Origin: Wickerhamiella versatilis
Lineage: Eukaryota
NCBI GenBank assembly: GCA_030867685.1
Contig: JAQOWU010000008.1
Span: 3,162,001-3,226,000 of the forward strand
DNA length: 64,000 bases
Reading direction: 5' to 3'
Below the pieces are notes generated by a model that worked only from the letters and a program-made list of their open reading frames with translations, was not told the DNA's origin and did no database searches. Below, one piece after another: positions 52,135 to 61,837 of this stretch (the stretch's first letter is position 1; the number at the start of each line of letters is the position of its first letter). Both the position numbers and the translations under genes were made by a program.

Positions 52135-54336
52135 CTACACACTCGTTTCAACCTTAGGAGGTCCATGCGAGGATAGTCGCATTTCAGTGTTGTCATGCGG
52201 CCTGGGCCAGCCTTGCCGCGTTGGCGTTTGTGCTTTTACCTGCAAATCGTCCTGACTGGTATTCGGAGTCGACGCCTGCGCCGGTTGATGTGGAGGTAAT
52301 GATTGAGGCCGCGGCGGTTGGTGCATTGGTTGGCGCACAGTGCTTGCTTCCGCCGCCTGTGCTGCTTGGGCCAATGCCGAAACCGCTGCTCTTCGACGCT
52401 GGTTCTGTGCCTCCTGGAATGCTTCATATGACTTCGAAGTTAGCTCGGCACCAATCCTCAGTGACTGTGTCTCATGGGAGATTCCGCCAAGCTTAGCGAC
52501 ATCAGCTAGAATATCCTCCCTGTGTTCGGTTAGTGCCTGCGGTGCCTCGTCAAATAGGTAGCGGTCACGGAGACGCTCGTCCTCAGGAGTCTTGGGATCA
52601 TCAATCTCAGGGGGGTGTGCACCAAGTCCCAGGCGCTCGATATAATTGGTACCCTTAGTACCAACCCGCCGGTGGAATGCTGCGATACCTTGTCGTGGCA
52701 CCTTAACCCCCGCGATATCTTTATCGCGTAAAACGGTTACACCATTTTGTCCCGACTTCAGAAGCGTGGGTGGCACGTCTATGCGCTGGGTGTACGCCTT
52801 GCCAAATGTCGACGTGAGCGGAAGCTCTAACTCAGACGAATCTCCCCACAGTCCTGGTGTGCTATAGAGAGCCTCATCACTAGAGGTGACGGCATTAGGA
52901 TCGCCAAGACCGCTTGGTGGCTCGCCATCAAAGTAGTCCACAAACGGCACGAACGGGTTCTCGGAATAATTTATCCAGCCGCGGTCAGCTTGGGCGCGCG
53001 AACGAAGTTTGGATTTAACCATGGTCCGCAAAGCCTGCTGTTTCTCCTCCTTCTGGGTCTCGATGCTATAGACTTCGAGATCCGGCACCCGGTTAGGTCC
53101 AGTCGTGCGAGGCAACGTGTTGGGGGATTCGCGAGCTTCTCGTGCTGCATCGCGGGCTGCCAATGTGGCCTCTCTGGTGTGCGACTTGGCTTCATGTGCA
53201 GCGTTCTGGCGTGCCGATTTAGTATCTTCCTTCACGCGCTGGGATTTCTGCGTGACGAAGTCTTCATCGTCTCCAGCAATACGTAGCTTCCGCTTAAGGG
53301 ACTTCGCGGTGTTCCGCACGTCAAAAATAGCTGCGTCGGTCTCAAGCTGGGTTAAACGCATTGTCTCCCGCCTGCGGAGAAGTCTGAACAAATGCTGCGC
53401 TTGTTCCATTTCATACTTGAGCCGCCGCAGTCTCCGTGAGCTCTGCTGGTCAGTCCTACGGGTTTTCCGCGATTGGCGCACCTCCCGATGTCTGAAACAG
53501 ACGTATGGATCGTTTTCGTCTTTTTCAATATTATTCTCAAATTTCAATGTGGGGAAGATCGATCCGCCATGACTTGCGAGCTTCCGCTCGCGCCAATGGC
53601 CGTAGACCTTCCGACCCCATAGTTTTAGCGATGCCTCAACAGTTCTCTCAGGGTTGGGGGTGAACGGTGGGCCATAATCCACGGGTTGGGCGTTATCGCG
53701 TAGCTCGTCAAGATGATATTTGTCCTCAGCCCGTCGATGAACATCATCAAGTGTGCATTGCAAAAGACTTTCAAAATCAAGCATCTTGCTAGGATCCGTC
53801 AACAGGAATGGCTGATGTTCAGCGATTGACGATTCGAACAAGTAGCACAGCATTTCGAATTCGTCATCTGACAAACGTAGACGCTCGTCAGTTACTCCTT
53901 CGTTGACACTTGCAACAAACTCATCGTCAGTCTCATCCATGTTATAGGGACACCCCTGCGTGTCCTCCACAGTCGCCGAGCTTCGCATGTACGAGGTGGT
54001 TTCGGTCCAACCGGGCTTGTAATATTTATGATATTCACTCCAAATCACGTTGGCTTCAGGAGTTGGAATATATACATCTCTCGGCTTGTCCTGCCGAGAT
54101 GTCTGCGACGCAGCCAGCACAGCCTGCAGATGGCGCTCTTCCTGCTCACCTTTTTCGACACCAGTGTCGACGTCAAATGCCTCACGTTGAACATCATCGA
54201 TAATATTGGGTACATCTTTCTCATAAATGATACGCAAGCTTTGCTTGACGCTTATTTTACGCTGGCGGAATCTGGCTGTCGACCCTGCAGTCTGCTGCTG
54301 CGATATTGTGTGTGTATTCGTAGCGGTGGTACCCAT
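52135..54336 (-). CDS. EPL1: NuA4 subunit, Enhancer of polycomb-like
   Basis: ARFRQRKISVK, TGVEKGEQEERHLQ, YNMDETD and DPYVCFRHRE. Confidence 0.93.
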   Translation of the reverse strand: MGTTATNTHTISQQQTAGSTARFRQRKISVKQSLRIIYEKDVPNIIDDVQREAFDVDTGVEKGEQEERHLQAVLAASQTSRQDKPRDVYIPTPEANVIWSEYHKYYKPGWTETTSYMRSSATVEDTQGCPYNMDETDDEFVASVNEGVTDERLRLSDDEFEMLCYLFESSIAEHQPFLLTDPSKMLDFESLLQCTLDDVHRRAEDKYHLDELRDNAQPVDYGPPFTPNPERTVEASLKLWGRKVYGHWRERKLASHGGSIFPTLKFENNIEKDENDPYVCFRHREVRQSRKTRRTDQQSSRRLRRLKYEMEQAQHLFRLLRRRETMRLTQLETDAAIFDVRNTAKSLKRKLRIAGDDEDFVTQKSQRVKEDTKSARQNAAHEAKSHTREATLAARDAAREARESPNTLPRTTGPNRVPDLEVYSIETQKEEKQQALRTMVKSKLRSRAQADRGWINYSENPFVPFVDYFDGEPPSGLGDPNAVTSSDEALYSTPGLWGDSSELELPLTSTFGKAYTQRIDVPPTLLKSGQNGVTVLRDKDIAGVKVPRQGIAAFHRRVGTKGTNYIERLGLGAHPPEIDDPKTPEDERLRDRYLFDEAPQALTEHREDILADVAKLGGISHETQSLRIGAELTSKSYEAFQEAQNQRRRAAVSALAQAAQAAEASTVRQPMHQPPRPQSLPPHQPAQASTPNTSQDDLQVKAQTPTRQGWPRPHDNTEMRLSSHGPPKVETSV

Positions 54337-55114
54337 AAGGTTTAGGGCGAATGTCAGTGATCAAAAGCCACAAACAAGTCGCTCAGACGAGTCGGTTTAC
54401 GGTAACTTACCAGCTGCCAACTACGTGCTCAACTTTCCTAGAGCCTCAGACTTTCGCTACCAGGCACCACTGCCCGTAACCGCTGTTTCGTGTCTGGGTC
54501 TTACTAACTAGTTTGTCAGTGGGTGGCAAAAAGTTCCACGCGACGGCCTTCTGATTGGTCCGTGGTAGGTCGCCGATGGGCAAATACAGAGCTTCGCGCG
54601 GAGAAAAAGTGACTGTGGACAACAGTTAGCCTGTCAAATACGATCACAAGTCACCTAGCTGGTTAGGAGCCGCAGCTTCACTTCTTTTACCGCCCTTCTC
54701 ACCACAGGGGTTACCTTCTGCGGTGGCCAATGACCAGCTTGTAAGCAACTCAGCCCTCTCGTGCCCAATACCCTTACCCATGGCCACAGAAAGATGAGGC
54801 CAAAAGGGAAAGTCCAGAGAAGGTGGGCCATTTTTTTGCGAGTCCTGGCTTTTCCTAAATCCTAAAACGTGTATTGCTGAGCCATATGTTGTGACTTCTG
54901 TTGATAAGCTTAGGTATATGGTGGGGCCACAGCGAATTCAAGGCTCGAGCACTACAGAATGTGCATAATTTTGCCCCGCTATAATTTATTATATTGCATT
55001 AGAGACGTGTCCAACGCTCAAAGTATCCTTATTTATTCTGTCCTAACCACCCTGCGTGACTGTGATTAACAATCAGTGGGTTATAGGGGAGCACAGCTGG
55101 CCAATACGTTTGTC

Positions 55115-55857
55115 ATGTCTGAAGGAACTCTTTACATTCTAACTACCCCAGGTGAAGCAAGGCGGACGCGGGCTATATTGCCAGCAGCACTAGTGGAGTA
55201 TTTCAAGCTCCCTTATAAGCTCAGCGGGCCGGATGAAATTTATCCTAGTAAATTCCCGGCACGAGTAGTGCCAAGCTTTGCCTATCCTGACGGTCGTATA
55301 TTGGTGGAGAGTATTCCTATTTGTTTGAAACGTAAGTACCAGTGATGAACATCATAAAATACAGTTATCCCTTTCTGAAAGGTAACAATAAAATGTTGTG
55401 AATATAGAATCTGATGGACTAACCAAACCTAGTTGCTAAAGATACAGGCTTAATAGAGGCTGGTGCCGATAAACATGCTGAGACACTCGAGTGGATGAAC
55501 ATTTTGAACTCTGAGTTCATGCCCAACCTGACCACCGTGTTCACCATGCTAATCGGCAGGGCTCCCTATGTCAAGGATAAGCATGAGGCCGCCAAGAAGA
55601 ATGTTGCGCGGTTCCAGTCGATCATTGAGGCCCACCTCCGCAAGAACACCTATCTTGTGGGCGAGAAGCTCAGTCTCGCTGATCTTTTCGGCGTGGTGAT
55701 GTACCTGCGCGGTTTGGAGCACTACTTTGACGCCAAATGGCGCAAGGAGAACCCCGGTACGACGCGCTGGCTCCATACCGTGATGCCACACCCCATTTTC
55801 AATGGATTCTTCGATAACTTAAAACCTTGCGAGGTTGCTAAACAGCCACCATCCTAA
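55115..55857 (+). CDS. GST-fold protein resembling the eEF1B-gamma N-terminal domain; two exons, 55115-55331 and 55433-55857 (213 aa)
   Basis: Intron 55332-55432 (GTAAGT...GACTAAC...TAG) joins two ORF-track fragments in frame. Motifs: KFP..VPSF, LVESIPI, TYLVGEKLSLADL, WRKENP..TRW..TV..HP. Confidence 0.85.
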
Positions 55858-56091
55858 CTAACTTGAAGCAAATAAATTTATAACTAGCAACATATCGGGC
55901 TCAGACAGTTATGCAAAAACCAGTTTAAATCACTTGGGCCTTATGGCCCATACCATAAGAGGTGCCAAATGGTTGTGGTCATCATCGCCAGAACATTTTT
56001 TTAATAGTTGAAACGTAAGCATGGTTTTCGAGTCGATTATATATTGGGCAAATGAATAAAAGTCCTCATATAAATAAAACTAGACAAGGAA

Positions 56092-57060
56092 TCAGTGACC
56101 AAAAAGGCACTCCTGGGTCGTACGTGGGCTTGATGTTCCTACTGCCCATTTTTCACTCATTGGGGGTTTCCCAATGGGTGCAATTTTGGAGGTCTCATTA
56201 GAAGTATTTGAGCCAAAACTGGGGCGGGAATGCTGTGACCAAAGATCCCGGCCTCCGTGCGAATTGCGTGAATTACGCCGTTGTCTTTCTTGAGGCGTGA
56301 GAAGGTCAGACAGCGAGCTGGGTACTAAGTCCTCCTCGCATCCTAGAACTTCGTCGCTAAACTCCTCGTCGCTATCGTCCATAATTGCAGAGTCGTCATA
56401 AAGAAGGGAATTAGAGGCCGTCAGGGCCTGTGGTGTTGCCTGGCCCCAGACTGTGTACGTGGATGCGGACCCTGCACTATGGCTCATTGAACTCGATCGG
56501 GACCCTAGCAATGTGGAGTCGCCAATGCTCGACGACGCGGTCCGCAGACCCAGTGATCGGATTTCAAGTGCTTGTGGACTGGTTCCGGGCACCACAGAGA
56601 TAGGCTTTGAGGATGGGGGTATCGGGGACTGAATTGCGGTGGGAATCGTGGCAGCTGAGGTGGCGTCGGTTGTACCCTGGATCTGCGCTTGTGGCTGTGC
56701 CAGCCCAGATGCGGTGGCACGGGGCGACCTGGGCTTGGATGAACGCTTGTTCACCTGCTTCCCGTCAGCTCCAATGTGAGCCAGGGCGCATTTCGCCCCA
56801 AATTTACAATTGCCCTTCTGGTAGTACTTGCATATTGCTTGAGACTTCCCATCGACTGAATGGCTAAACGGGCACTTGTCGCCAGCTTGACAGACTGACT
56901 GGCGAAAGAACTTACAAGGTACATGACTTACATTCTTCGTGGTTGCTTGCCCAGACGAAATCCGCCGCTTATCGGCTGTAGACGAGTTAGTTGAACGCGA
57001 GCCGCGCGGACTTTTCGATGGAGTTGGCCCAGAGTCCGCTTTAGTGTCGGATCCGGGCAT
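56092..57060 (-). CDS. Tandem CCCH zinc-finger protein (Lee1/Cps3-like)
   Basis: HVPCKFFRQ..CQAG..CPFSH, CKYYQKGNCKFGAKCALAH and EEDLVPSSLSDLLTPQE. Start uncertain. Confidence 0.8.
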   Translation of the reverse strand: MPGSDTKADSGPTPSKSPRGSRSTNSSTADKRRISSGQATTKNVSHVPCKFFRQSVCQAGDKCPFSHSVDGKSQAICKYYQKGNCKFGAKCALAHIGADGKQVNKRSSKPRSPRATASGLAQPQAQIQGTTDATSAATIPTAIQSPIPPSSKPISVVPGTSPQALEIRSLGLRTASSSIGDSTLLGSRSSSMSHSAGSASTYTVWGQATPQALTASNSLLYDDSAIMDDSDEEFSDEVLGCEEDLVPSSLSDLLTPQERQRRNSRNSHGGRDLWSQHSRPSFGSNTSNETSKIAPIGKPPMSEKWAVGTSSPRTTQECLFGH

Positions 57061-57520
57061 TAGGGCGCTCAATTGCTCGTCAATCTGCGGGGGGAGTGTG
57101 AGGGAGGTCTATACTCCTAATTGGGGTTGGGTTTTCTGGTTTGACTAATTATCGTCTGGGAGAAGCTGGCTGGCGTAGACTAAGTTGGGCAGCCCAAACC
57201 TCAGCTGGGTTGTTGCGTGACTTGACGTGGACCCTGGCGTTAATTGCCTAAGACAAGTGGAGACAACAGTTGCTAGTGCCAAGACGAGAAAATACGACGT
57301 GTCAGCAATTGGATCACCCATGCCGATATTCGATTATTAGTTAAGGACACATCTTAAACTTAAATGGCTTGACTACGTAAAAATAAACATAGTTATGGTG
57401 TAAGAGCAGTGCAGTGCAGCAAGCACAAATCTACTCTTTTATGCATCGGCGTTTGTTTTTCTCTTCAGTCTCATGATAGCCTACGCCTGTTCATGGCAGG
57501 GCATGTTCACGATAACAAGT

Positions 57521-58555
57521 TCACTCGTTGTAATGGTAAACTAGATAGTTAGGTAACCCGTATACGTTGTATCCGAGGCGCTTGGCCATTTTGGCAAACC
57601 CTTCCGTTTCGATGAGATGGTAAAATGCAAATGGCGGGAACATTGCGCCATCACGGTGCACGTCTGACCGAACCAAAAGTGCAGTACCACCAACGCCATC
57701 AAGTTCCATCTCCTCCCTCACATCGCCATCCTCGCTATACATGGCCGACATGAGGGTTCTGTAGGTTGCCATCTCTTTATAGCCCTCGAGAAGTATATCG
57801 TCCTTGCCCATGGAAGCCCCTAGTTCCTGAGCGACGGGGCTGTCCACCCACGAGTTATAATCATAAGGCCTCTTCAAAGACTCGCCATTCTCTGTGTAGC
57901 GCTGGTAGCAGTTGGCGACTAGCACGTCCTTATTGTGCGACGTCATGTCCTGGATCAGGGTTGCCGGAGTTTCAACGACGTCACTATCCAGCCAAAGGAT
58001 CCAGGAGGTGTCATACTGAATGGTCGTGAACAGCAGGGAGTTACGTGCCAATGACATGAGCCTTCGACGTTCCTTCTGGGCGTCCATGGCGTGGCGGCTT
58101 GCCTCGTCCTGGGAGTCGGGCGCCGGCGTATCCTGGCGCAGGACGGTCACGCGATGGAACTTCTTCTTGGATTTCTGGACCGCATCTACCTTGGCCTCCA
58201 AAAGTTTTAGGACAGCATCGCCCTGGACGTTGTTAGGCACTATAAATCCGAGATCAATCAGCTCATGCGGATAGCTAAGCTTCTCCAGGTTCTCCCAATA
58301 ATCAGGGTAAAATCGCGCCATGGGCGTAAGGATGAGCACGTTTTCCTTATTGTTCTCAGCATTAGCGGTGCTGGTCAGGCCGTTCATGTCGTGGATGTGC
58401 ACCTTACCGTCTGCATGTTGACGCGGCACATCAGCACTACCTAAGGCCCCTCCCCCAGATATGACACGAAATACGAGTAGGAGAAATAGTATGCCACCAA
58501 CAACGGCCCCTATTGCCGGGAAATACCGATGCGAGTTGCGTTTTTTCGGTTCCAT
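57521..58555 (-). CDS. MNN9: Golgi mannan polymerase subunit, Anp1/GT62 family
   Basis: Type II TM; VLILTPMARF, WLDSDV, PYDYNSW, HLIETEGFAKMAKRLG and YHYNE end; first ATG 58555. Confidence 0.93.
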   Translation of the reverse strand: MEPKKRNSHRYFPAIGAVVGGILFLLLVFRVISGGGALGSADVPRQHADGKVHIHDMNGLTSTANAENNKENVLILTPMARFYPDYWENLEKLSYPHELIDLGFIVPNNVQGDAVLKLLEAKVDAVQKSKKKFHRVTVLRQDTPAPDSQDEASRHAMDAQKERRRLMSLARNSLLFTTIQYDTSWILWLDSDVVETPATLIQDMTSHNKDVLVANCYQRYTENGESLKRPYDYNSWVDSPVAQELGASMGKDDILLEGYKEMATYRTLMSAMYSEDGDVREEMELDGVGGTALLVRSDVHRDGAMFPPFAFYHLIETEGFAKMAKRLGYNVYGLPNYLVYHYNE

Positions 58556-58641
58556 GGGTGCCGGCCTCAGGAAGAAAAGGTTGATTACAAATCGTCGTAG
58601 ACTTTTGCTGAGAACACCCTCGCGGCCATGCCACGAGAAGT

Positions 58642-59901
58642 TTCCACACAATAAGCTAGCACATATAGACACCCTGGTCAGCCTTTCGGTGAACGAACGG
58701 CGAGTTAAGGTTCATTATTTAAAAATCAAAATTGTTGTTGCAAAATTAGCATACGAGGCAATTAGCGGATCCGTTGTTAGTACTGAAGATCGTATTAACG
58801 GTTCAGACCGCAAAAGAGCTAATACAGAGACCGAAAACATACGGGTCCACAACAAAGTATATTAATATAAATATATATCCAATGACTCCACACAATAAGC
58901 TAGCACATGTAGACAGCCCTATTCGGCCTTTTCGGTGATTCAAAAGGCGAGTTAAGGCTCGTTGTTTAAAGCTCAGAATTTTTGTTGCATAACCAACATA
59001 CGTGTCAATCAGTGGATCCGTCGTTAGTACTGATCGACATTAACGGTTCAGATCTCACGCAGGAAGAGCCAAATAGAGACCAAAAGAAGACGGATCTACA
59101 ACGAGAGTACGGTTCAGACGCCTGCAAAAAGAGCTAATACAGAGACTTAAAAAATACGGATCTACAATAGCAGTATAATAATATGTATATGCAATGATTC
59201 CACACAGTAAGCTAGCACATGTTGACACTTCTATCGGGCCTTTTCGGTTATCCAAAGGCGAGTTAAGATTAATTGTTTAAAACCAAAATTGGTGCGCATA
59301 ACCAACATACCTGGTTATCAGTGGATCCGTTGTTAGCACTGAAGATCGCATTAACGGTTCAGACCGCAAAAAGAGCCAAAATAGAGACCGAAAAGATCCG
59401 GGTCCACAACAAGACTATATTAATATAAATATATCCAATGATTCCACACAGTAAGCTAGCACATATAGACACCCCTATTCGGCCTTTCAGTCATCAAACG
59501 GAGAGTTACGATTAATTGTTTAAAACCAACATACGTGCCAATCAGCGAATCCGCCGTTAGCACTGAAGATCGACATTAATGGTTCAGATCTCACGCAGGA
59601 AGAGCCAAATAGAGACCTAAAAAATACGGATCTACAACAACAGTATGCTAATATGTATATGCAATGATTCTACCCAGTAAGCTAGCACATATAGACACCT
59701 CTAGTCTGTCTTTTCGGTGAATAAGGTTCGTTGGTTAAACCAAAATTGTTGTGCATAAACAACATACCTGGTTATCGCGGATCTGTCGTCATTTTTGAAG
59801 ATCGGCATTAACGGTTCAGATCGCAGGCAGGAATAGCCTAAAACATACGAGTCTTAAAAAACGGATCTGCGACATGAGTATAAATGTACTATGCAATGAT
59901 C
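58642..59901. repeat. Diverged tandem array of five ~226-312 bp units
   Basis: Anchor AAGCTAGCACAT at 58653, 58897, 59209, 59453 and 59679 (periods 244, 312, 244, 226). Shared blocks include GAGTTA, ACATAC, GGATCCG, GGTTCAGA, AGAGAC and CAATGA. Confidence 0.95.
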
Positions 59902-60839
59902 TTAAAAATAGGTCTCTAATTAAATTTGAGTTGGCATGGTGCAAAGGCACAGGTCCAGCGCATGTTCACCTCGGGCCCCACCCACGTGGTTAAAACCCTC
60001 GTGGTAATGAATGAGACAGTGCATATTGCAGAAGGATCTTGTCCTCAACGGCACAGTCCAGTCGATACAGACAAGGGTACCCTTGTGCAAATTAAGAATA
60101 GTAGCAGTGGGAATCTCCGCTCCTATCAATCTACTACCTAATCTCTATCTCTACATGTACCACGGTTGTCTGCAGGCTCGTCAATACCTACTCAATATTG
60201 ATTTGTCATACTCGAAATAGAAGCCTACAGCGAACATCCTGCATGCATTAGATTAGACCAAATAATATTCGGCCAACACCGAAAGAAGCGATTATAGGGG
60301 TAAGATAGCCGACTAAAGAACACTCGTTGTAGGAAGAGTTAATTGACAAACTTTTATATTAAAATATATAAAACTATATAAAATATATATATCCAGTGTA
60401 TAGGCTGCTCAAAAATAAATACGCAAGTACATATATATAAATATACATATAAATATAACTATCTCTGCGTTTGGCTTTGCGCAATCGGATCAAGAGCTCG
60501 ACGTTCCTAATACTCAATTGTACAATTTCAACACTTCACCATAGGCAAAACTGGCACACTACGGCATGGGGGACAACCCGAATGCGGATCACAGACCCAT
60601 GGCGTAATATCTTCTGTTTTGACTACAGCAACTCCTCGATCAGGTTACCCTAATATTATGCAGGCATCTATCATGGACCCACTTGAGGTCAGAAAACTTT
60701 AGGATTTTAAAAACAAACGATATTGATCACATGGCAAAGGTTCCAACGGCGGTTGGAAATGGCAGTTGGAAGATCGTGAAACGATCTTCAACGATCACAG
60801 CTCTCATGCGTACGTTGGCCCTAACCTTCCAGGAATAAC

Positions 60840-61337
60840 TCAAGCCGCATGAGATCTGCACATGTACCAGACTTCGTCGTCGCAGAATGGTGTATCTTTA
60901 TGGAATCCCATAGCTTCATAAAAGCTCACAGCCTTCTGGTTAGAAGGAAATACTCTCAACGTCATGCCGTGGGGTGCACGTGAACTAACCTGGTCGAGCA
61001 ATCGTCTACCCAAGCCCTTACCTTGATGTCGATGGTGCACGTGGATTTCATAAATAAACGTTGTGGGACGGCCAGCATCATCCACATCGTCCAGAACAAA
61101 GCTGATGAAAGCCTCCACGCTCCCTCGAGGTCCAATCAGCAGGACGTACTCCAGGTTCTCGGTTTCGCGCATCTCCACGGCTTTTTCCCGAGGGCTCCAG
61201 GGCAGCCCAGCGCCTATATAAAGCCACTTAATCCTCCTAACAAGCACGTAGCATTGTCGTAATTCAGATCCGGTGAGCTCAGCGGCCGGTTTAGACACCA
61301 AACGCAGACCTGAACGTTCCTCGCGAATCGCGGCCAT
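60840..61337 (-). CDS. NAT4: GNAT N-alpha-acetyltransferase 40 (Nat4-like)
   Basis: Y....PW..REK..EM, FIYEIHV...QGKGLGRRL, LRVFPSNQKAVSFY..MGF. Confidence 0.75.
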   Translation of the reverse strand: MAAIREERSGLRLVSKPAAELTGSELRQCYVLVRRIKWLYIGAGLPWSPREKAVEMRETENLEYVLLIGPRGSVEAFISFVLDDVDDAGRPTTFIYEIHVHHRHQGKGLGRRLLDQVSSRAPHGMTLRVFPSNQKAVSFYEAMGFHKDTPFCDDEVWYMCRSHAA

Positions 61338-61837
61338 CACTGAATCACCCCCACGTAATAATTATGTAATTGTTGTTTTGGTTTTTCTTGCGACATAGCA
61401 GGGGCTATTGACCCGAATTTAAGGTCCTACCATGGCATTATGCACATTTCCTGTGGTTTCCTGCCGCGTTTGGCTTTAGAATGAGGCTTTTTCCGTCACG
61501 TGTCTAGTAACCGATCGCTGCGTCATTGGTGGTTAGGACTGCATCGTTCAGCGGAAATCCCCGGCAGAGTCTCACCTAGCTACCAACTCACGTTTACTTG
61601 CAATTCACGGTTTTTTACGAACATAAAATAATATTTAAGACCCTTGTCAATAGTGTAGCGTATATTGCGGCTTTTTCCGACGTGACTGGCACGTCAACCC
61701 CAGTATGCATAAATTAATATGGCAAGCTATGCTTTATTTTTTATCACTTATGGGGACAACGATTTGTTCCGTATATTAACCGATAAAAATATAACGCTCT
61801 CGTCTAGACAAAATGCCTGTAGAACAGAAACTTTTTT

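Noticed and set aside
54298-54410. Possible 5' intron at EPL1 (GTAAGT..CACTGAC on - strand)
   Set aside because: No AG between the branch-like motif and the ATG, and no upstream coding exon found.
54806-54970. GGGAAAGTCC resembling the RNase P/MRP CR-I motif
   Set aside because: No convincing complementary CR-V to close P4, and a T7 run follows shortly after.
58768-58786. GATCCGTTGTT (antisense to 5.8S rRNA 5' region) upstream of CTGA as a C/D guide
   Set aside because: The match ends 4 nt before the D box, is lost in units 2, 4 and 5, and there is no consensus C box.
58461-59255. ORFs within the array (58461-58865, 59055-59255) and the GTG-started extension of MNN9 to 58672
   Set aside because: Frame is not conserved between repeat units; MNN9 type II topology fits ATG 58555.
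58821-59314. U6-like AATACAGAGA and U1-like ACATACCTGG motifs
   Set aside because: No other U6 or U1 features (ISL, U1-70K/U1A loops, conserved Sm site).
58642-59901. CRISPR array or Helitron/LTR-derived tandem
   Set aside because: Whole units are homologous (no unique spacers) in a eukaryotic context. The conserved CTAG is internal, not terminal. No TIR, LTR ends, TSD or transposase seen.
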